Below are positions 9,162 through 19,553 of a stretch of 64,000 nucleotides of DNA, piece by piece. A program made the position numbers and the translations under genes. Numbering within the stretch: position 1 is the stretch's first letter; each line of letters opens with the position of its first letter. The notes under the pieces are model-generated. The model ran no database searches. It was not told the DNA's origin and saw only the letters and a list, made by a program, of their open reading frames with translations. The DNA comes from Patescibacteria group bacterium (GTDB lineage: Bacteria; Patescibacteriota; Minisyncoccia; Phycocordibacterales; XYD1-FULL-46-19): contig JBMCHT010000002.1 of NCBI GenBank assembly GCA_048617235.1, forward strand, positions 63,899 to 127,898, written 5' to 3'.

Positions 9162-9803
9162 TTACAAGTTTTCCAAACTTAATTCTTCAAATTCATCATC
9201 AAAGTAATAAAGAAAAGGACCTCGAAATTCCTGTAATAAACCTTGGGAATTATAAGGGGAAATAAAGCCAAAACCGTCTTGGTAATCAGACCATTTTAAA
9301 AGTAGAATATCTTCTAAATCTGAAGGTTTAATATTATCCCGATCCAAATCGGTTACAATGTTGGTGGCTATCGGTAATACCGCTTCAGCTTCGGCTTGAG
9401 GTAAATATGTTCTAACAGTTTCATCGGCTAAATCTTCCAAAGAGACAAAATCCGAATACTGATAAGCCAATAGATAATTATCTTGTAATAATTTTTCCTT
9501 CATCTTCGAAGAGACTTCTCTGGCTAAAGCCGGACGACTGGACAAAATAACATCCACGGCACCGGTTTTTAGTAATTGAAATGAATCCATTGAAGAGGCA
9601 GTCCTCACTTCTTCTAATCCATACTGAGATACTAATTGTCCACCGTATTTATCTATATTGGGGCAAAAAGCCAAAGACGGCTTGGAAGCTGTCAATACAG
9701 CTGCCGGAGAATATTTGGTTAAATTATTAAAATTAACAACCAAAAGTAAAACAATAATCAAAAGTATTCCGCCACTTAGCCATAAAATTTTATTTTTTAA
9801 CAT
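9162..9803 (-). CDS. Hypothetical membrane-anchored protein
   Basis: 213 aa with an N-terminal TM (ILWLSGGILLIIVLLLVV). I recognise no catalytic motif. Confidence 0.5.
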   Translation of the reverse strand: MLKNKILWLSGGILLIIVLLLVVNFNNLTKYSPAAVLTASKPSLAFCPNIDKYGGQLVSQYGLEEVRTASSMDSFQLLKTGAVDVILSSRPALAREVSSKMKEKLLQDNYLLAYQYSDFVSLEDLADETVRTYLPQAEAEAVLPIATNIVTDLDRDNIKPSDLEDILLLKWSDYQDGFGFISPYNSQGLLQEFRGPFLYYFDDEFEELSLENL

Positions 9804-9808
9804 AATTA

Positions 9809-10831
9809 TTACTTATTGTCTTGTTCGGCTATTTCCAAAACAACCAATTCCAAAGGTAAACCGGGATCAAATAACCAAGCCTGGTTATCCCAAGCTCGAA
9901 CTAACATTTTTAAGATAGCCGGTAAATATTTTTGACGGGGGTTATTAGCCAAGTTTTTGACCGTCTCCGGCGAAAACCAACGATCATCCGGAATAGTATT
10001 TTTAGTTAAAGAATAAAGGGTGGCTTGTCTTATTAACTGAGTTAATAATTTGGTTAAAAGCCGAATATCTACTTGAGATTGTCTGGCTTGGTTAATTAAA
10101 TCTATAGCTGTGGAAGAATCGTTATCCAATAAAGCTTGAGCCAATTTATTTAAAAGTTCAATCCCCGGAGCTCCGGTTAACTCTTGAATCTCAGCCAGGG
10201 TTATTTTTTTATCCGCCGCTACTTGTTGCAATAAACCCAGAGCATCCCGAAAAGAGCCATTAGCCAACTCAGCGATTAAATCATCAGCTCCGGTGGGTAA
10301 TTTTAATTTCTCGGCTTTGGCTGTTTGGCTGATAACCGTTTTTAATTCCAAAGCAGTTGGCTGGCGAAAGATGTGGGTTTCACAACGGGATTTAACCGTC
10401 TCCGGCATCTTTTCGGCTTCAGTGGTAGCTAAAATAAAAATAACATGAGATGGCGGTTCTTCCAGAGTCTTCAAAAGTGCATTAAAAGCAGACTTAGACA
10501 ACATATGAGCTTCATCTATAATATAAACCTTATAAGAGGAAGCAAAGGGTAAACTATAAATATCTTCTTGAAGGGCTCGGATATCGTCAACACCGGTATT
10601 GGAGGCGGCGTCTATTTCAATTATGTCTTTATCGGCTACTTGTAAGGTTTTGGCTAAAATTCTGGCAATACTGGTTTTACCGGTACCCCGAGAGCCAATA
10701 AATAAATAAGCTTGTCGTGGAGTGCCGGCGGTTACCGCTTGTTTTAAAACCGAAACAATATGGGTTTGCCCCACTACTTGATCAAAAGTTTGCGGTCTAT
10801 ATTTTCGGTACCAAGCTAAATATTCAGTCAT
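9809..10831 (-). CDS. dnaX: DNA polymerase III subunit gamma/tau (short form)
   Basis: The N-terminus WYRKYRPQTFDQVVGQ, a Walker A GSRGTGKTS, a DEAH-like IIDEAHML and the SRC motif are all present. Confidence 0.85.
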   Translation of the reverse strand: MTEYLAWYRKYRPQTFDQVVGQTHIVSVLKQAVTAGTPRQAYLFIGSRGTGKTSIARILAKTLQVADKDIIEIDAASNTGVDDIRALQEDIYSLPFASSYKVYIIDEAHMLSKSAFNALLKTLEEPPSHVIFILATTEAEKMPETVKSRCETHIFRQPTALELKTVISQTAKAEKLKLPTGADDLIAELANGSFRDALGLLQQVAADKKITLAEIQELTGAPGIELLNKLAQALLDNDSSTAIDLINQARQSQVDIRLLTKLLTQLIRQATLYSLTKNTIPDDRWFSPETVKNLANNPRQKYLPAILKMLVRAWDNQAWLFDPGLPLELVVLEIAEQDNK

Positions 10832-10838
10832 AGGCAGA

Positions 10839-11855
10839 TTATAACAAATTATTCTTTATAAATCTTTTTAATAAATCTATGGCTGCTGTGGCCTCAGTCG
10901 TTTCCATTAAAAGATTTCTTAATTCCACCGCTTTGGTAAAATCCGTCACATAAGCCTTAAAATGTTTTTTCATTACGGCATAATTTTTTTGATGACCTTG
11001 AAATTGTTGCTGATTAAATTCGCTTTGACCATAATAACGATCAAATAATTCCAAATGTTCAATCAAGATGGATAATCTGGTTTTTAAATCCGGATCCGGG
11101 CCAGTAAACAACCAAGGGCGACCATAAATTCCTCGGCCAATCATAATTCCATCTAAACCATAGGTTTGAGCTTTTGTTTTGGCCTCTGCCGGAGTTTTAA
11201 CATCTCCGTTACCTAAAAGAAGAATATCGGTACCGGAAAAAATATCTGCCAAAATTTGGGCTTCTTCCCACCGAGCCGGCACTTTGGACATTTCTTTTCT
11301 GGTCCGCAAATGAAAAGTAACTGCCGCCGGACAAGCAGCTATTAAGGCCTCCGGCCAGGCCGGCAATTCTAATTGATTGTAGCCCAAACGAGTTTTAACC
11401 GATATTGGAATACTATAACCGGCTTCAAGCACTCCTTCTTTAGCGGCTATAATTATTTCTTGAGCCAAAGTTGGATTTTTAATTAAAGCAGAACCGGCTT
11501 TTTGTTTTTCTACGGTTTTATCCGGACATCCCATATTAATATCTATCCCGGCCAAACCCCAACCGGCCACCAAAGAAGCAGCTTGTTTCATTTTAGTCGG
11601 ATTACTGCTAAATAATTGAGCCACTATCGGTTGTTCAATTTTCGTATAAAATAATTCTCTTTTTAATTTAGCTTGAGCCTCCGGATGAACCAAACCGTCA
11701 GCGGAAACAAATTCCGTAAAAAAAACGTCCGGCCCGGCCGGTTTGGAATATTTGGCAATTAATTGGCGAAAGACAGCATCCGTGACATCGGCCATGGGCG
11801 CCAAAGCAATTATCGGTCGCGGTAAATTTATCCAAAAATTAGCTTGATTCGACAT
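10839..11855 (-). CDS. dus: tRNA-dihydrouridine synthase
   Basis: ALAPMADVTD ... GIDINMGCP, the FMN-binding TIM-barrel Dus signature. Confidence 0.85.
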   Translation of the reverse strand: MSNQANFWINLPRPIIALAPMADVTDAVFRQLIAKYSKPAGPDVFFTEFVSADGLVHPEAQAKLKRELFYTKIEQPIVAQLFSSNPTKMKQAASLVAGWGLAGIDINMGCPDKTVEKQKAGSALIKNPTLAQEIIIAAKEGVLEAGYSIPISVKTRLGYNQLELPAWPEALIAACPAAVTFHLRTRKEMSKVPARWEEAQILADIFSGTDILLLGNGDVKTPAEAKTKAQTYGLDGIMIGRGIYGRPWLFTGPDPDLKTRLSILIEHLELFDRYYGQSEFNQQQFQGHQKNYAVMKKHFKAYVTDFTKAVELRNLLMETTEATAAIDLLKRFIKNNLL

Positions 11856-11868
11856 ACAATCTCATTCA

Positions 11869-13104
11869 CTAATTAGCCAAAACTCTGCGCGTTCTTTCAC
11901 CTACAACCCCGGTACCTTGAGTTAAGCCAAAAGGCTCTAAAACAAAACTGCGATGTCTTTCTTGAAAAGCAATCACTGCCGCCTGAGTACAAGGACCAAA
12001 ATTACCATTAACCGGACACTCGGCCAAACTCCGACCAGCCGGCGGATAAAAACCCCTAATTTGCAATCTCCTTTGCAATAAATAAACCGCTTGATCATCT
12101 CTTAAACCATATTTAAGATCCCGGCCGATGGAATAATCTGCCAAAGCAGTGGGAGATAAGGCCAGTGATTTAACCGGATCTTCTCCGGCTAAAGAAGCCT
12201 TGGTGGATAAATAGGTATACCAAGCCATTTCTCGACCGGCTAATTCTCGAACCTCCGGTTTTCTAAAAACAGATTCGTAAATATAACCATATTCCAGTAA
12301 AACCGAAGGAATATTAATAGAACCAATAGCTCCGGTGGCAATTAAATCGTCCGACTCTATAATTCCTCGTTTTTCACCCGGAGCAATACTAACCATTAAA
12401 AATTGTTGCAAACCGGCAAAAAGAGATTTAGCCAATTGGCGGCTAATTTTATGATGGTGGTAATCGGCTGCCGGAATAAAAATAGAGAAACCCCGAAAAG
12501 TGCCCGGTATCCTTAAATTATTTCTGGCCTGATCATTAATATGAATGTGTAAAACTAAATCAAAATTTTTTTCCATCGCCCAGTAATTGGTGGCATATAA
12601 TCGATAAGCAATCTCTGAAGTTTTACTATTGCTCCCTAAAGGTTCAAAGCTAATCTTGCCCCGATTAAATAAACTTTGAGTTAATATATGCCCCTTTTGT
12701 CTAAAAGACATTACATCCTCTCGTTTATTTTTTAAAAAATATTCAAAATCTTCTTGGTATTCACCAGTAGTTAAATCTCTGATAATTTCTACTTCAAAAT
12801 TTTCATCTTGATTAAAAAAATCAAATAAAGGTTCGGCGATAGCCAAAACCGCATCAGCTTCTTTTAAATCACCAAAAACGGCTCCGCTGTATTGGTTATC
12901 GTGACCGGGGACTAATAAAACTTTTACCTTTTGCTCCGGATCAGCATAAACATCAGTAATATCCGACCACACCACCGCCGGCGCCCAAGCCGAGCTCAAA
13001 AGATTCCACCACTTTTGACCCAAAGGGTGGAATAAGATAATCAATCCAAAAATGATGGCTAAAATTAAAATCAATAAAGGCCAATTAAAGTATTTTTTAA
13101 GCAT
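11869..13104 (-). CDS. N-acetylmuramoyl-L-alanine amidase (Amidase_3) with a C-terminal peptidoglycan-binding domain
   Basis: An N-terminal TM, then LVPGHDNQYSGA and LHIHIND (Amidase_3 metal ligands), and a C-terminal PG_binding_1-like RDDQAVYLLQRRLQ...TQAAVIAFQ. Confidence 0.7.
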   Translation of the reverse strand: MLKKYFNWPLLILILAIIFGLIILFHPLGQKWWNLLSSAWAPAVVWSDITDVYADPEQKVKVLLVPGHDNQYSGAVFGDLKEADAVLAIAEPLFDFFNQDENFEVEIIRDLTTGEYQEDFEYFLKNKREDVMSFRQKGHILTQSLFNRGKISFEPLGSNSKTSEIAYRLYATNYWAMEKNFDLVLHIHINDQARNNLRIPGTFRGFSIFIPAADYHHHKISRQLAKSLFAGLQQFLMVSIAPGEKRGIIESDDLIATGAIGSINIPSVLLEYGYIYESVFRKPEVRELAGREMAWYTYLSTKASLAGEDPVKSLALSPTALADYSIGRDLKYGLRDDQAVYLLQRRLQIRGFYPPAGRSLAECPVNGNFGPCTQAAVIAFQERHRSFVLEPFGLTQGTGVVGERTRRVLAN

Positions 13105-13125
13105 TAGCAGTTAGTATAACAGAAA

Positions 13126-14175
13126 TTAATCAGTCGCCAAATCCAAAAACGGTGGCTGATAATCTTTGGTTTGAGTAGATAAATGTCCGGTGATACCCTT
13201 AATCGTTTTAGTAGCCGAATCCAAAACTACCTTTAAAACCAAACCTTCCATGGTTTCAGCTGAAAAATATTGATCAAAGATAAAATTACCCAAACTGTAA
13301 ATAATAAAACCATCCTGATACCATTCCGCTTCTTGAATTACATGAGGATGGTGACCAATAACCAAGTCGGCTCCGGCTTCAATCGCTTCCCGAGATAAAG
13401 CTCGTTGTCGCCAAGTGGATCTTTCTTGATACTCCTGACCAAAATGGAAAGATACGATTAAAATATCCGTCTCCGTCGCTCCGTTTTTTATTATATTATT
13501 TCTATCCGGATGATTAGCCCACAACATACCGGCTTCAGTCTCAGTCGGTTGCAACCACCAAGGACCGATATCCGTAAAAGCCAAAAAACCAATCTTGACC
13601 CCTTCAATTTCTAAAATTTTAACTGCTTGAACATCTTCACTTCTACCACCACCAACAGCTAAAATATTTAAAGCTTCTAAGCGATCTAGAGTATCTTCAA
13701 AAGCCTCTCGACCCCAATCTCCCATATGGTTATTAGCCACCGACAAGACATTAAAACCCACTCGAGCTAAAGCTTCAAGAGCCACCGGCTCCATTCGAAA
13801 AGAATAAAGATTACCCAAATTTTGACCTTGATCGGAAACCGGTCCTTCCAAATTACCAAAAACAATATCGGCTGAATTTAAATAACTCAAATTTTGTAAA
13901 AAAAGATCATAATCTCCATCATAATTATTCATAACCGATTGTCGCACCCCTCGATCTAACATAACATCTCCAACAAAATACATTATTATCTCTTGTCCCG
14001 ACGGTTCATCAATTGTCAATTTATCTTTTAGTAAATGCCAATTACCAACTGTTGCTTGGCTAAAATCTGTTTTTAAAAAAGATTGAGTATTATACCAATA
14101 AACTCCTCCAATTACTCCCGCTAACAATAATATTAAAACACTAACTGATAACCACTTGGGTAGAAAAAAATTCAT
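13126..14175 (-). CDS. CapA/PGA_cap family metallophosphatase-like protein
   Basis: MYFVGDVMLDRG, NLEGP and SVANNHMGDWG motifs. Confidence 0.75.
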   Translation of the reverse strand: MNFFLPKWLSVSVLILLLAGVIGGVYWYNTQSFLKTDFSQATVGNWHLLKDKLTIDEPSGQEIIMYFVGDVMLDRGVRQSVMNNYDGDYDLFLQNLSYLNSADIVFGNLEGPVSDQGQNLGNLYSFRMEPVALEALARVGFNVLSVANNHMGDWGREAFEDTLDRLEALNILAVGGGRSEDVQAVKILEIEGVKIGFLAFTDIGPWWLQPTETEAGMLWANHPDRNNIIKNGATETDILIVSFHFGQEYQERSTWRQRALSREAIEAGADLVIGHHPHVIQEAEWYQDGFIIYSLGNFIFDQYFSAETMEGLVLKVVLDSATKTIKGITGHLSTQTKDYQPPFLDLATD

Positions 14176-14178
14176 ATT

Positions 14179-15042
14179 TTATTCTTGATCCAAAAATTTA
14201 TAAAATACTCGATTACCAAAACGAAAATCCAAATACTCCAGGCCACCGGCTTCCTTTAAACCGGTCTGGAATTCCGGCACTTGCATCACCGTTTTAATAT
14301 CGGCGGCTAAATTAGTTAAAGAACGATCAATATTTAAATATAATTTCCATTCCGACCAATTAACTGTTTGTTGGGGTGCTAATATGAAAGCAAAATCTTT
14401 TTCGGATAAATATTCCGCTCCCAGAAGCCAAAAATCTCCCAAACCAGCCTCGGTTAAAACAACCGGTAATTTCTGAGCCATAATTTGCAAATCGGCAAAA
14501 ACAGCCGGTTCCGGTTCAGTCCCCGATCCGGCTAAAAAATGAAATACTACTCCCGAAGAATAAATCGGGGCTGATTTTAAATTGTAACCACTTTTATTTA
14601 TAAAATAACAGTTTTGTCTGTTTTCCCAATTACCGGCACATTTGACCATTGTTGGGTTATCTTCTTTTACTTCTATTACCAACTCTCGCCGCCAAGGTCT
14701 TACACCAATTTTAATATCATTTAAATTGAAATATTTATTTGATAATTCTTTTTTTAATTCTCGTTTTGGTGGCCACCACCAGATATTGTTAGGCCATTTA
14801 GTTATTGACCGTTCACCTTCTAAAACCGTTTGAATTAAATCCGCCATGACCGGCAAAGAACTCTGCCGATTACCACTGATGGCTACCATTTTAATTTCAG
14901 ATAACCGGTGATTGGCAAATTGATGAAGTAAAAAAACAAAACCGCCACCAAAAAGCAAAAGAATCAAAAAAAATATTAATAATTTCTTTTTGTTAAATAA
15001 TCGTCTTAAACCGGAAGAAAAAAACAAACGGCGACGGCGCAT
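14179..15042 (-). CDS. FtsQ/DivIB-like cell-division protein (POTRA)
   Basis: An N-terminal basic segment and TM, then IKMVAISGNRQSSLP ... IGVRPWRRELVIEVKEDNP, matching the FtsQ POTRA pattern. Confidence 0.45.
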   Translation of the reverse strand: MRRRRLFFSSGLRRLFNKKKLLIFFLILLLFGGGFVFLLHQFANHRLSEIKMVAISGNRQSSLPVMADLIQTVLEGERSITKWPNNIWWWPPKRELKKELSNKYFNLNDIKIGVRPWRRELVIEVKEDNPTMVKCAGNWENRQNCYFINKSGYNLKSAPIYSSGVVFHFLAGSGTEPEPAVFADLQIMAQKLPVVLTEAGLGDFWLLGAEYLSEKDFAFILAPQQTVNWSEWKLYLNIDRSLTNLAADIKTVMQVPEFQTGLKEAGGLEYLDFRFGNRVFYKFLDQE

Positions 15043-15054
15043 AACATCTTTGAA

Positions 15055-16314
15055 TTAATTAATAAGGGTTTTCCCTATATAAGGCCTTAAAACTTCAGGT
15101 ACTGTTATTTGACCGGATTCATCTTGATTGTTCTCCAAAATAGCAGCCAATAACCGAGGAGTAGCTGCCATGGTACCATTTAAAGAGTGAGCCAGATGAA
15201 GTTGACCTTTTTCATCACGGTATTTAATATTCAATCGTCTGGTTTGCCAATCATGGAAATAAGAAATGGAATGAGTCTCTCGGTATTTACTCTCAGACGG
15301 CATCCAAGCTTCGATATCATATTTCTTGACCTGCCCCAAACCCAAATCTCCGGCGCAATTAACCACCACTCGATAAGGTAATTGCAAAGCTTGCATTAAT
15401 TTTTCAGCTCTGGCCAACAAAGCTTCATGTTCGGCTACCGAAGCTTCATGGCTGGCCGGACATAAAATCACTTGTTCCACTTTATAAAACTCATGAACGC
15501 GAATAAGACCTTTGGTGTCTTTACCGTAACTACCGGCCTCCCGACGAAAACAAGGCGACCAAGCTCCCACCCTTAAAGGCAATTGATCTTTAGTTAAAAC
15601 TTCATCCATGTGACCGGCCATAACCGCCACTTCCGAAGTGCCGGCCAAAAAATCTCCGTCCTGAGTTTGATACAAATCTTCTTCCCCTTGAGGTAAATAA
15701 CCGGTGCCAAAAAAACCCGGTCGCCTAACTAAAGATGGAGCTAACATTAATTGGAAATTATCTTGACGCAACATATCCAAAGCATATTGCCAAAGAGCCA
15801 TAGATAAAGATAAGCCATCGTTTTTCAAAAAATAACCTCGAAAACCATGAACTTTAACTCCTCGCTCAAAATCTGCTAAATTCAATTTTTCCATTAATTC
15901 TTTATGATCTGCCGGCTTAAAAGACATATCCGGTTTTTGGCCCCAAGTTTTAATCTCTAAATTATCCTCATCACTATCTCCATCGGGTACCGCCACATCT
16001 ATTAGGTTAGGCACTTCCAACATCATTTTTTGCCATTTAGTGGTAATGGTTTTTAGCTCTTCTTCTTTTTCTTTCAATTCAGCTTTTAATGTTTTCATCT
16101 CTCGAATAATGTCCTCTCTGGTTTCAGCCGAAGCGGTGGCCATATTTTTAGTAGCTTCATTTTGTTGGGCTCGCAAAGATTCCACTTCAGCCAAAACCGC
16201 CAATCTTTTATCATCTAAAGAAATTAGAGTTTCTACCGTAATCGGTGCTTTTTTGCGTTCAATAGCTTTGGCAATAATATCGGCATTATCCCGTATAAAT
16301 TTTATATCCAGCAT
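15055..16314 (-). CDS. serS: Seryl-tRNA synthetase
   Basis: An N-terminal coiled-coil arm and class II motifs (FRRE..., GTMAATPRLL). Confidence 0.9.
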   Translation of the reverse strand: MLDIKFIRDNADIIAKAIERKKAPITVETLISLDDKRLAVLAEVESLRAQQNEATKNMATASAETREDIIREMKTLKAELKEKEEELKTITTKWQKMMLEVPNLIDVAVPDGDSDEDNLEIKTWGQKPDMSFKPADHKELMEKLNLADFERGVKVHGFRGYFLKNDGLSLSMALWQYALDMLRQDNFQLMLAPSLVRRPGFFGTGYLPQGEEDLYQTQDGDFLAGTSEVAVMAGHMDEVLTKDQLPLRVGAWSPCFRREAGSYGKDTKGLIRVHEFYKVEQVILCPASHEASVAEHEALLARAEKLMQALQLPYRVVVNCAGDLGLGQVKKYDIEAWMPSESKYRETHSISYFHDWQTRRLNIKYRDEKGQLHLAHSLNGTMAATPRLLAAILENNQDESGQITVPEVLRPYIGKTLIN

Positions 16315-16413
16315 GCTTATTTAATTTTTAATTATTACTAAAATCCTTTATGATATTAATAATAGCAAAAATAAGATATTTACCCAAACAATAAACTTAA
16401 GCTCTTTTATTTT

Positions 16414-17289
16414 ATGTCCACCGTTTTAACCCCCAGTCGTTTATGGCTATCAAAAAACTGGCCGGAGCAATTACAAGAAATGTCTGATCCGCCGACCCAA
16501 TTACATTTAGTCGGTTCTCAACCACCGACAGATTTGGTTTATTTAACAGTTATTGGCAGTCGTCGTCCCAGTTCTTACGGTTTGGACATCTGCCAGCATT
16601 TAATTTCCGGTTTGGCCGGCTATCCTATTGGCATAGTCTCCGGACTGGCTTTAGGAATTGATGCCGCCGCTCATCGAGCGGCTTTAGTGTCTGGTCTTTA
16701 TACGATAGCTTTTCCCGGTTCCGGTTTGGCTAAAAATAAAATAGCTCCCCGAACCAATTATAATCTGGCTGAAAATATTGTTAAAAAAGGTGGTAGTTTA
16801 ATATCCGAATGGCCGGATCAAACTCCGGCCGGTCGTCATACTTTTCCGGCTCGTAATCGCCTAATGGCCGGTTTGGCTCAAGCGATTTTGGTAATAGAAG
16901 CCGGTGACAGATCCGGCACCCTAATAACGGTTCGTTTGGCTTTGGATTATAACCGAGATATTTTGGCTGTTCCCGGCAGTTTATATAATCCTTATTCTGT
17001 CGGTACTAATCGTTTAATTAAAGAAGGAGCCGGGGTGATAACCGCCCCGACAGATATCTTGGAACATTTCAACTTCCAAACCCCGTCAACTTTAAACGAA
17101 AAACCCGAGCCCTCAACTGAAAATCAAAGACAATTATGGCAATTATTAAAAACCGAAAATATTAATTCCAAAACCGCTCTAGCCGAATATTTAAAATGGC
17201 CTCCAGCTAAAATAATTGCCACCTTAACCGCTTTGGAATTGGAAGATTTTATCAAATGTGCCGGTGATCATATTTCTTTTTTGAAATAA
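16414..17289 (+). CDS. dprA: DNA processing protein DprA (Smf)
   Basis: VIGSRRPSSYG...GIVSGLALGIDAAAHRAAL, the DprA Rossmann signature. Confidence 0.85.
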   Translation: MSTVLTPSRLWLSKNWPEQLQEMSDPPTQLHLVGSQPPTDLVYLTVIGSRRPSSYGLDICQHLISGLAGYPIGIVSGLALGIDAAAHRAALVSGLYTIAFPGSGLAKNKIAPRTNYNLAENIVKKGGSLISEWPDQTPAGRHTFPARNRLMAGLAQAILVIEAGDRSGTLITVRLALDYNRDILAVPGSLYNPYSVGTNRLIKEGAGVITAPTDILEHFNFQTPSTLNEKPEPSTENQRQLWQLLKTENINSKTALAEYLKWPPAKIIATLTALELEDFIKCAGDHISFLK

Positions 17290-17330
17290 TTTCTTGCACA
17301 GTTTAAATTTTTATAGTACTACTTAAAAAC

Positions 17331-19511
17331 ATGAAATTAGTTATTGTAGAATCTCCGGCCAAAGCCAAAACCATTAATCGGTATTTGGGTTCGGATTATA
17401 AAGTGACCGCCAGCGTCGGTCATGTTCGAGACTTACCCAAATCCAATAAAAACGCCATAGACATCGCCGGCGGCTTTATTCCACATTACGAATTGTCTAC
17501 CGGTAAAGATAAAGTGGTTAAAGATTTGGTTCAACAATCAAAAAAAGCCGAGACTATTATTTTAGCCACTGACCCCGATCGTGAAGGCGAAGCCATTGCT
17601 TGGCACTTGGCGGAAATTATTAAAGACAAAAATAAAAAAACTCCACCCATTCAACGAGTGGCTTTTAACGAGATAACCGAGACAGCAGTTCAAGCCGCCA
17701 TTGAAAACCCCCGAGCTATAGATCTAGATTTAAAAGAAGCTCAAGAAGCCCGACGAGTACTGGATAGATTGTTTGGTTATGATCTATCCGGTTTAATCTG
17801 GAAAAAATTACGCTATGGTTTATCCGCCGGTCGAGTCCAATCACCGGCTCTGCGTTTATTAGTAGAAAAGGAAAAAGAAATTCAAGCTTTTAAACCGGAG
17901 GCCTATTGGGTCTTGGAGGCCAAAATGGCCGACCCTCATAAAGAAATCATTACTTTCACAGCCGATCATCAACCCACCACCGCCACTGAGGCTGAGAAAA
18001 TTGTTAAAAAAGGTCAAAAAGCCAAGTGGCAAATAACAGACATATCCCAAAGCCAAATGAGCCGAAATCCGAAAGCTCCTTTTACCACCAGTACTCTCCA
18101 ACAAGTCGCCTCCAATCGTTTAGGTTTATCTCCCAGTCAAACTATGGGTTTGGCTCAAAAACTATATGAAGCCGGCCATATCACTTATATGAGAACCGAC
18201 AGTCCTAATCTTTCTCATAAAGCTACTGTCGCTATAGAAAAAGCCGTCATTGCCAATTACGGTCAGGAAAATCTGGAAAAAAGAACCTTTAAAACCAAAA
18301 GTAAAAATGCTCAAGAAGCGCATGAAGCTATCAGGCCGACAAATATTTCTCAATCCACTGCCGGCACCTCTCCGATTATGAAAAAACTTTATGACTTAAT
18401 TTACCGCCGCACCCTGGCCAGTCAAATGAAACCGGCTCAAATGCTTAAAACCAAAATTACCGCTGAAGCTGACAATAAAGAAGTTCCGCCTTTCTTTGCT
18501 CGAGGAGCAGTAATAGTAAATCGCGGTTGGTTATTGGCCGATCCGGCCTCAGCCGGAGATGACAACCCGTTACCAAACTTAAAAATAAAAGATAATCTTG
18601 ATTTGAAAGAATTAGAAGCTATCGGTAAAGAAACTAAACCACCCAATCGTTACACTGAAGCCGGTTTGGTTAAAGAATTGGAAAAAAGAGGTATTGGTCG
18701 CCCCAGCACCTATGCTCCGATTATTAAAACCTTGCAAGATCGCGGTTACACCGAAAAAGAAGGCAAAACTCTCTTTCCTACCGATACCGGTATGGTAGTG
18801 AGTGATTTTTTAGTAGAACATTTTAATAAATATATCAGTGATGATTTCACCGCCAATTTAGAAAATCAGTTGGATGAGATCGCTAATGGCCAAAAAACCT
18901 ACAAAGAAATCTTAACGGATTTTTACGAACCTTTTTCAAAAGAAGTAGACTCCAAAAAAAATCTACCTAAAATATCCGACTTAGGTCAAGCACCGACTGA
19001 TCTCAAATGCCCGGAATGTGGCTCCTCCATGATAATCAAACTGGCTAAAACCGGTCGCTTCTTCAGTTGTAGTCGTTTCCCAGATTGTTTAGGAGCTTTA
19101 GATAAAGACGGTCAACCCCTACCGCCACCTAAAAAATTAGATCGCCAATGCCCGGAATGTAAAAAAGGGCAACTTATGGAAAAATCGGGCCGTTTCGGTC
19201 AATTTATCGCTTGCGATCGTTATCCTCAATGTCGTTATATAGAAGAAAGCCCGGAACAAGCTAATAAAAACAAAACCGGGGTTACTTGTCCTGTCTGTCA
19301 CAAAGGAGAAATGACGGAAAAAAGAGGTCGTTTCGGAGTTTTTTATGGTTGTAGTAATTATCCGGACTGTAAACATATTATAAAAAGTAAACCTACCGGT
19401 AAAAAATGCCCGGACTGTGGCGCTTTAATGATGGAAGGTACCAAAACTATCCCGGAGCGATGTTCAAATAAAAATTGCCCCAACAACAGACCGGATAAAA
19501 AAACAAAATAA
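17331..19511 (+). CDS. topA: DNA topoisomerase I with four C-terminal C4 zinc ribbons
   Basis: A TOPRIM N-terminus (KLVIVESPAKAKTI, DPDREGEAIAWH), the active-site region, and repeated CPECG.../CPVCHKG... ribbons. Confidence 0.95.
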   Translation: MKLVIVESPAKAKTINRYLGSDYKVTASVGHVRDLPKSNKNAIDIAGGFIPHYELSTGKDKVVKDLVQQSKKAETIILATDPDREGEAIAWHLAEIIKDKNKKTPPIQRVAFNEITETAVQAAIENPRAIDLDLKEAQEARRVLDRLFGYDLSGLIWKKLRYGLSAGRVQSPALRLLVEKEKEIQAFKPEAYWVLEAKMADPHKEIITFTADHQPTTATEAEKIVKKGQKAKWQITDISQSQMSRNPKAPFTTSTLQQVASNRLGLSPSQTMGLAQKLYEAGHITYMRTDSPNLSHKATVAIEKAVIANYGQENLEKRTFKTKSKNAQEAHEAIRPTNISQSTAGTSPIMKKLYDLIYRRTLASQMKPAQMLKTKITAEADNKEVPPFFARGAVIVNRGWLLADPASAGDDNPLPNLKIKDNLDLKELEAIGKETKPPNRYTEAGLVKELEKRGIGRPSTYAPIIKTLQDRGYTEKEGKTLFPTDTGMVVSDFLVEHFNKYISDDFTANLENQLDEIANGQKTYKEILTDFYEPFSKEVDSKKNLPKISDLGQAPTDLKCPECGSSMIIKLAKTGRFFSCSRFPDCLGALDKDGQPLPPPKKLDRQCPECKKGQLMEKSGRFGQFIACDRYPQCRYIEESPEQANKNKTGVTCPVCHKGEMTEKRGRFGVFYGCSNYPDCKHIIKSKPTGKKCPDCGALMMEGTKTIPERCSNKNCPNNRPDKKTK

Positions 19512-19553
19512 AAACTATTTGCTTTTTCCGCCATTTGGCTCTAAAGTAAAAAA

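Noticed and set aside
8983-9918. ORFs 8983..9207 (+) and 9658..9918 (+)
   Set aside because: The first spans the tRNA-fragment scar region and the second is antisense to the 213-aa and dnaX genes. Neither has a supporting motif.
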